Assembly (NCBI GenBank): GCA_963772365.1
Contig: CAVYXA010000001.1
Coordinates: 1,536,001-1,600,000 of the forward strand
Direction: 5' to 3'
DNA length: 64,000 bases
DNA from: an uncultured Verrucomicrobiae bacterium
GTDB lineage: Bacteria; Verrucomicrobiota; Verrucomicrobiia; Chthoniobacterales; UBA10450
In this document: positions 59,683-64,000 of the stretch, one piece after another
Numbering within the stretch: position 1 is the stretch's first letter
Layout of the letters: every line of letters starts with the position of its first letter
Program-made: the position numbers and the translations under genes
The notes under the pieces: generated by a model
Told to the model about the DNA's origin: nothing
The model's input: only the letters and a program-made list of their open reading frames with translations
Database searches by the model: none

Positions 59683-60660
59683 TTGAGTTATCAAAGCTAC
59701 GACGATAGTCCCGGGATTTCCAAATCCGAGGAGAAACTGCGCGCTCTGCGCATACCGGCGAAGTTGACCGGGAAATCGGTCTTGGACCTCGGGTGCAACG
59801 AAGGCTATTTCGCGATTGAGATGAAGCGGCGGGGTGCGTCCAGGGTCGTCGGTCTCGATCATAACGAAAAGGCAATCGCAGGGGCGCGGCAGCGGGCGAA
59901 CGATGCCGGGCTGGAAGTCGAGTTTATCTGTGGCGACATGTTCAGCATGCCAGATGGCCCTTTCGATCTAGTCCTGCTCCTGTCGGCGCTGCATTACATT
60001 ACGGAGCCGGGAAAGCTCTTTAGGCAGATTCATCGTGTCTTGGCACCAGCAGGCATGTTGCTGTTGGAGTGCGGAGTGGCTCCCAGTTATGGCCAAACTG
60101 TACATCGGGCCTTGCGATCGATCGACGATGCGCTCTTTCCCACGTTTGAACTATTACGAGACGTCTGGCTGGCCGATTTCGCGGTCCGGCTGACAAGCAG
60201 AAGCCCGAATCAGGCTGGTGATCCGATTCCGCGTAGTGTCTATCATTGTCATCGCAGCAAGCCAATCGTGATGCTGGTAGAAGGTGCTGGCGGTGCGGGA
60301 AAGAGTGTGCTCGCCTCTAGATTCTCCTCGGCCGTCATCATCAGCACCGATGTTTTGTTCTCGCCCGCGCGCTCTTCCGGACGAATGTTCTATCCAGAGG
60401 AACAAAAGCTTTATGATACCACTAAAATCAAATTCAATGGTTCGCATCGTTTGGCTTGGGAGAGCTTGAAAGAGGATGAACGAGTGCGACAATTCTTTGT
60501 GCAGACGATTGCGCGTGCGGTCAGGCTGTGTCATGCAGCGCTCATGGTGGTCGAAGGACATGTTATCTCCGATCTTGCCGCAGAAATAGTCAAGCTTCTC
60601 GAGCCGGACTACCGGTGCTGGAGAGCGAACGCCGCCCCGAGGCTGCCCTTGTCTAAGTAG
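59683..60660 (+). CDS. SAM methyltransferase with C-terminal P-loop domain (gene A)
   Basis: VLDLGCNEGYF, FDLVLLLSALHY, LAPAG; C-terminal VMLVEGAGGAGKS..IISTD. Confidence 0.85.
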   Translation: MSYQSYDDSPGISKSEEKLRALRIPAKLTGKSVLDLGCNEGYFAIEMKRRGASRVVGLDHNEKAIAGARQRANDAGLEVEFICGDMFSMPDGPFDLVLLLSALHYITEPGKLFRQIHRVLAPAGMLLLECGVAPSYGQTVHRALRSIDDALFPTFELLRDVWLADFAVRLTSRSPNQAGDPIPRSVYHCHRSKPIVMLVEGAGGAGKSVLASRFSSAVIISTDVLFSPARSSGRMFYPEEQKLYDTTKIKFNGSHRLAWESLKEDERVRQFFVQTIARAVRLCHAALMVVEGHVISDLAAEIVKLLEPDYRCWRANAAPRLPLSK

Positions 60661-60678
60661 CGCTTCTGACAGTCTGCG

Positions 60679-61647
60679 ATGAAAGACTCCGATTTAGGCA
60701 CAAGTGCGGCCAGCTCCCATCTCACTAGCGACTCTTCTAATGTTATTGGACGTCATTGGTCGCAGCGTCGCGCTCAGACTGACGCTGCCGGCCGCGTCTT
60801 GAAGCTGCGCTGGTGGCAACATGCGCCCATCCTTCGCCATATCAACCAACTCGTCTGCGGCGAGGCAGTTGATGGATTTTCCGCGGGTCTCACCCTTGGC
60901 GCGCGCAGATTGCTGGCGGGTCGACTGCCACTCGAAAAAGGAATCTCTGTAGGCTGTGGCAACGGGAGCAAAGAAATGACTTTGATAAAGGAGAATTTCG
61001 TCTCTTCGTTTGATCTTTTTGAGTTGGCGGAGACTCGCATTGCCGACGGTCGAGAGTTGGCGCGCAAGCGCGGGCTCGCTGAGATGGCCCACTTTTTCCA
61101 AGGCGATGCGTTCATTCTGGCAGATCGGCCGGAGCAATACGATCTCGTTCACTGGAACAACTCGCTCCATCACATGCTGAATGTGGAGACTGCAATTGAG
61201 TGGAGTTGGAAAGTATTGAAGCCAGGCGGGCTTTTTTATATGGACGACTTTGTGGGCCCGGATCGGTTTCAGTGGTCTCAACAGATGGTTCTGGTTGCTA
61301 CAGCTGTGCGGCAAGCGCTTCCCGATCGTTTCCTGGCAAATCCGCACAAGCCCGGCTCCCTCCTTTCGCGGATTATGGCAAAACCTAACTTTGACAAGAT
61401 GCTGCAGACCGATCCTTCCGAAGCCGCAGATTCGAGCCGAATCCTCAACTGTGTCCGCAAGCGATTCCCGCGTGCCGAAATCACTCTAACAGGTGGTACG
61501 ATCTATCACCTTGCACTCTCGGATGTGCTGGTGAATTTCTCTTACCCGGAAGACTCTGAATTGCTGAATCGATTGCTTAATTTAGACGATATGTGCATTG
61601 CCGGCGGCGAAACGCACTACGCCACCGCCTTAGCGTTCAAGAATTAA
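60679..61647 (+). CDS. Class I SAM methyltransferase (gene B)
   Basis: ISVGCGNG, YDLVHWNNSLHH, LKPGG, DFVGPDRFQW. Confidence 0.88.
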   Translation: MKDSDLGTSAASSHLTSDSSNVIGRHWSQRRAQTDAAGRVLKLRWWQHAPILRHINQLVCGEAVDGFSAGLTLGARRLLAGRLPLEKGISVGCGNGSKEMTLIKENFVSSFDLFELAETRIADGRELARKRGLAEMAHFFQGDAFILADRPEQYDLVHWNNSLHHMLNVETAIEWSWKVLKPGGLFYMDDFVGPDRFQWSQQMVLVATAVRQALPDRFLANPHKPGSLLSRIMAKPNFDKMLQTDPSEAADSSRILNCVRKRFPRAEITLTGGTIYHLALSDVLVNFSYPEDSELLNRLLNLDDMCIAGGETHYATALAFKN

Positions 61648-61662
61648 AACAGCGCTTTGCAG

Positions 61663-61875
61663 ATGACTCAGCGACTTGGGCCTAATTCTCCGGCGGGAAT
61701 CCAGAAGGTTCACGTCGGATGCGGTCCGCATGCAATTCTGCCCGAATGGTGGAACGTGGATATTTACAAATTTGAGGGAATCGATACGAGGTGAGTGACG
61801 GATTTCCCTCTGTTGTAATCTTTGAAGCCACCCGCGAGGCGTCGGCTCCCGCTCGTTCCCAACCCTTAACCGACG
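61663..61875 (+). pseudogene. Internally deleted copy of methyltransferase C (intact copy at 63382)
   Basis: 114 bp (61641-61754) identical to 63360-63473, then a jump to 48 bp identical to 63897-63944; about 394 bp missing; stop after IDTR. Confidence 0.9.
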
Positions 61876-61910
61876 ATGCGACCGCCGCCGCGGAGTATGA
61901 AGTTACTTAG

Positions 61911-62663
61911 ATGCTCTCTTTGAAAGATAGATCGCAATTGCCTCCCTTTCCGCCGGCCTCGCTCATGTTTATGGGCGAGACGGAGGAGACCGCGCGTCGA
62001 AATGGAGCCACGCTTTTGCGGGTTGTCGACGGACTTTACGACCGTAGTGGGCTCATACTGGATCTCGGGTGCGGCTATGGTCGCCTCGCCTACGCGCTGT
62101 GCGACAGCGGCTTCGCAGGCACTTACATTGGGTACGACATAAAAGCCGGTGCAATCGAGTGGTTAAACGAGAATTTTACCACCACCTGCCCGCGGTATCA
62201 GTTTGTCCATATCGATGTCCAGAACGATCGCTACAATCCCAGTGGGCGAGAACAGGCTACTGCCTTTAGTCTACCACCGCCGCCCCGGCCACCAACTCTT
62301 ATTCTGCTTCTCTCGGTCTTTACTCACATGTACGGAGAGGCAGTCGCGCAGTATCTCCGCGCCTTGGCCCAGGTGATGGACAGGCATTCGCTTGCTTACG
62401 CTACGTTCTTTCTGGTTAACGCCGAACAACAGGCACTTGAGAATGAAGGCCGGACCAAATGGTCATTTCCACATGTTATCTCGAAGGACTGCCGCTGCCA
62501 TTCAGCCGAGAATCCGCTCTGGGTGGTCGCTTTCACTGATGAGTGGGTCGATCGCGCTATCGCCGCGGCTGGCCTTAAAATCGAGAAAAAGCTATATGGC
62601 CACTGGGCGGGCCGCCGTGGCGCGCGGGTAGGTCAGGATACGTTTTTGATCCGAAAAGCCTGA
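61911..62663 (+). CDS. Class I SAM methyltransferase (gene D)
   Basis: ILDLGCGYGRLA, YIGYDI, NDRYNPSG, LLSVFTHM. Confidence 0.88.
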   Translation: MLSLKDRSQLPPFPPASLMFMGETEETARRNGATLLRVVDGLYDRSGLILDLGCGYGRLAYALCDSGFAGTYIGYDIKAGAIEWLNENFTTTCPRYQFVHIDVQNDRYNPSGREQATAFSLPPPPRPPTLILLLSVFTHMYGEAVAQYLRALAQVMDRHSLAYATFFLVNAEQQALENEGRTKWSFPHVISKDCRCHSAENPLWVVAFTDEWVDRAIAAAGLKIEKKLYGHWAGRRGARVGQDTFLIRKA

Positions 62664-62734
62664 GTGGGAGATCAGCTCTAGCGCGGCGACTCTGCTTTAT
62701 TGCCCAACGATTATCCTTCCTTGCACAAAATCAG

Positions 62735-63215
62735 ATGAATTATCAAAGCCACGCGGACAGGCCTGGAGTCTCAAAATCTGTCGAGAAACTTCGCTCGCTC
62801 CACTTACTCGGGGGGCAAGAAGGGTGCTGGGGATCGATCATAATGAGAAGGTCATCTCCGCGGCGCGGCAGCGGACACTGAAGGCAGGGTTGGAGGTTGA
62901 ATTTATTTGTCGGGATATCCTCGATCTGGCTGCAGAAAAATTCGATTTCGTGCTGCCTTTGTCCGCGCTTCATTACACCGCGGATCCTAAACAGCTCTTT
63001 AGGCGCATTCTTCAGGTTTGTCGCCGAACGGGAAACTGGTTCTGGAATGTGCGGCGGCTCCGGCAAAAGCATTTCTTTCTTACACACTGTCAGCACTCTG
63101 TGACTATCAGCACGGATTTTCTTTTTTCGCCCGCGCGCGGAATGCGGGCCGGATGTTTTGTCCAGAAGCACAAAAATTGTACGATGAAGAAAAGATGCAA
63201 CGGCTTTGTTTAGGA
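62735..63215 (+). pseudogene. Degraded copy of gene A
   Basis: MNYQSHADRPGVSKSVEKLRSL, VLGIDHNEK..AARQR, LSALHY, ISTDFLFSPAR and GRMFCPEAQKLYD align with gene A across deletions and frameshifts. Confidence 0.85.
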
Positions 63216-63217
63216 GT

Positions 63218-63366
63218 ATGAAAGAAGTTGAAATGTCCGACCAAGGGGCGCCGAAGTCGCCTTCAAATGCTATGTTTGAGGCAATAGCGGACCACTGGTC
63301 TAAATCCCGTAGATGTGTGGATTCAAAAAGGGCGTGTGCCAAAAACCCGTTGGTGGCAGGAATTAA
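63218..63366 (+). pseudogene. Remnant of gene B (5' end fused to the last codons)
   Basis: AGGAG RBS; IADHWSKSRR..DSKGRVPKTRWWQ resembles IGRHWSQRR..DAAGRVLKLRWWQ of gene B and runs directly into gaattaa, the end of gene B. Confidence 0.75.
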
Positions 63367-63381
63367 AACAGCGCTTTGCAG

Positions 63382-64000
63382 ATGACTCAGCGACTTGGGC
63401 CTAATTCTCCGGCGGGAATCCAGAAGGTTCACGTCGGATGCGGTCCGCATGCAATTCTGCCCGAATGGTGGAATGTCGATATTTCCAACTTTGAAGGAAT
63501 CGATGAGGTGCTCGATGCTACTGAGCCTTGGCCATACATTGACCTCCACTATGTCTATGCGGAGCATTTTCTCGAACATTTGGCACTAGATGAAGCAATC
63601 CGGTTTCTTGTCCATGCAGGCCAGAGCCTTCGAAAAGGCGGTGTTCTTCGCCTCTCGACCCCTAATCTCGAATGGGTTCTTCACACGCATTTTGAGACAG
63701 GTGCGATTGACTCCTTCCGAAAACTCATGCAGACCTTGCGAATTAACCGAGCGTTCCACGGATGGGGCCATAAGTTCCTCTATTCTGCGGAAATGCTTGC
63801 CTACATCTTGGAGTCGATCGGATACGGCTCTGTCGTTGCTTGCGGCTATGGACGCAGCGCTCATCCCCATCTGGATAATCTCGAGCAGCACGGCAAATAC
63901 GAGGTGAGTGACGGATTTCCCTCTGTTGTAATCTTTGAAGCCACGCGCGAGGAGTGGGCTCCCGCTCCTTCCCAAGAGTTAACCGACTATTTGGACGAAA
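63382..64000 (+). CDS. Class I SAM methyltransferase (gene C; runs off the window, absent from the ORF track)
   Basis: Read by hand: MTQRLG..KVHVGCG..WWNVDI..YAEHFLEHL..LRKGGVLRLSTPNL..WGHKFLYS; no stop before 64000. Confidence 0.88.
   Translation, partial: MTQRLGPNSPAGIQKVHVGCGPHAILPEWWNVDISNFEGIDEVLDATEPWPYIDLHYVYAEHFLEHLALDEAIRFLVHAGQSLRKGGVLRLSTPNLEWVLHTHFETGAIDSFRKLMQTLRINRAFHGWGHKFLYSAEMLAYILESIGYGSVVACGYGRSAHPHLDNLEQHGKYEVSDGFPSVVIFEATREEWAPAPSQELTDYLDE

Noticed and set aside
62743..63975. Minus-strand ORFs 62743-63579 and 63586-63975
   Set aside because: They lie antisense to the pseudogene remnants and methyltransferase C, which explain the region.

Overview
64 kb of a bacterial chromosome, most likely Verrucomicrobiota (Chthoniobacterales/Ca. 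Udaeobacter-like). This is inferred from the tRNA-Thr-tuf-tRNA-Trp-secE order, an RpoB insertion I recall as PVC-typical, an ECF sigma/Ser-Thr kinase pair and an SRKTHG+dockerin-type protein. Positions 1-52.5 kb are mainly core genes: rpoN, rsmI, rplU-rpmA, adk, fmt, pyrH-frr, proS, ispA, tuf-secE-nusG-rplK, ddl, a 23S-5S rRNA unit with no 16S, ferritin/LigD/YciF, rpsB-tsf and rplA-rplJ-rplL-rpoBC. The conserved rplK-rplA junction is broken as if by a ~28.7 kb inversion, and rplA has its own promoter. Positions 52.8-64 kb are an accessory glycan sulfation/methylation island. Its centre is a 1481-aa sulfotransferase + 63-bp-repeat coiled coil + three-glycosyltransferase protein, a candidate single-polypeptide 'sulfate-capping molecular ruler' polymerase and the best lead in the window. 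It is followed by a duplicated, reciprocally deleted methyltransferase triplet. REP-like palindromes are scattered through the window, including one doublet in frame inside LigD. Many single-base frameshifts in essential genes indicate read/assembly indel errors, so frameshifts are not treated as biology unless stated.
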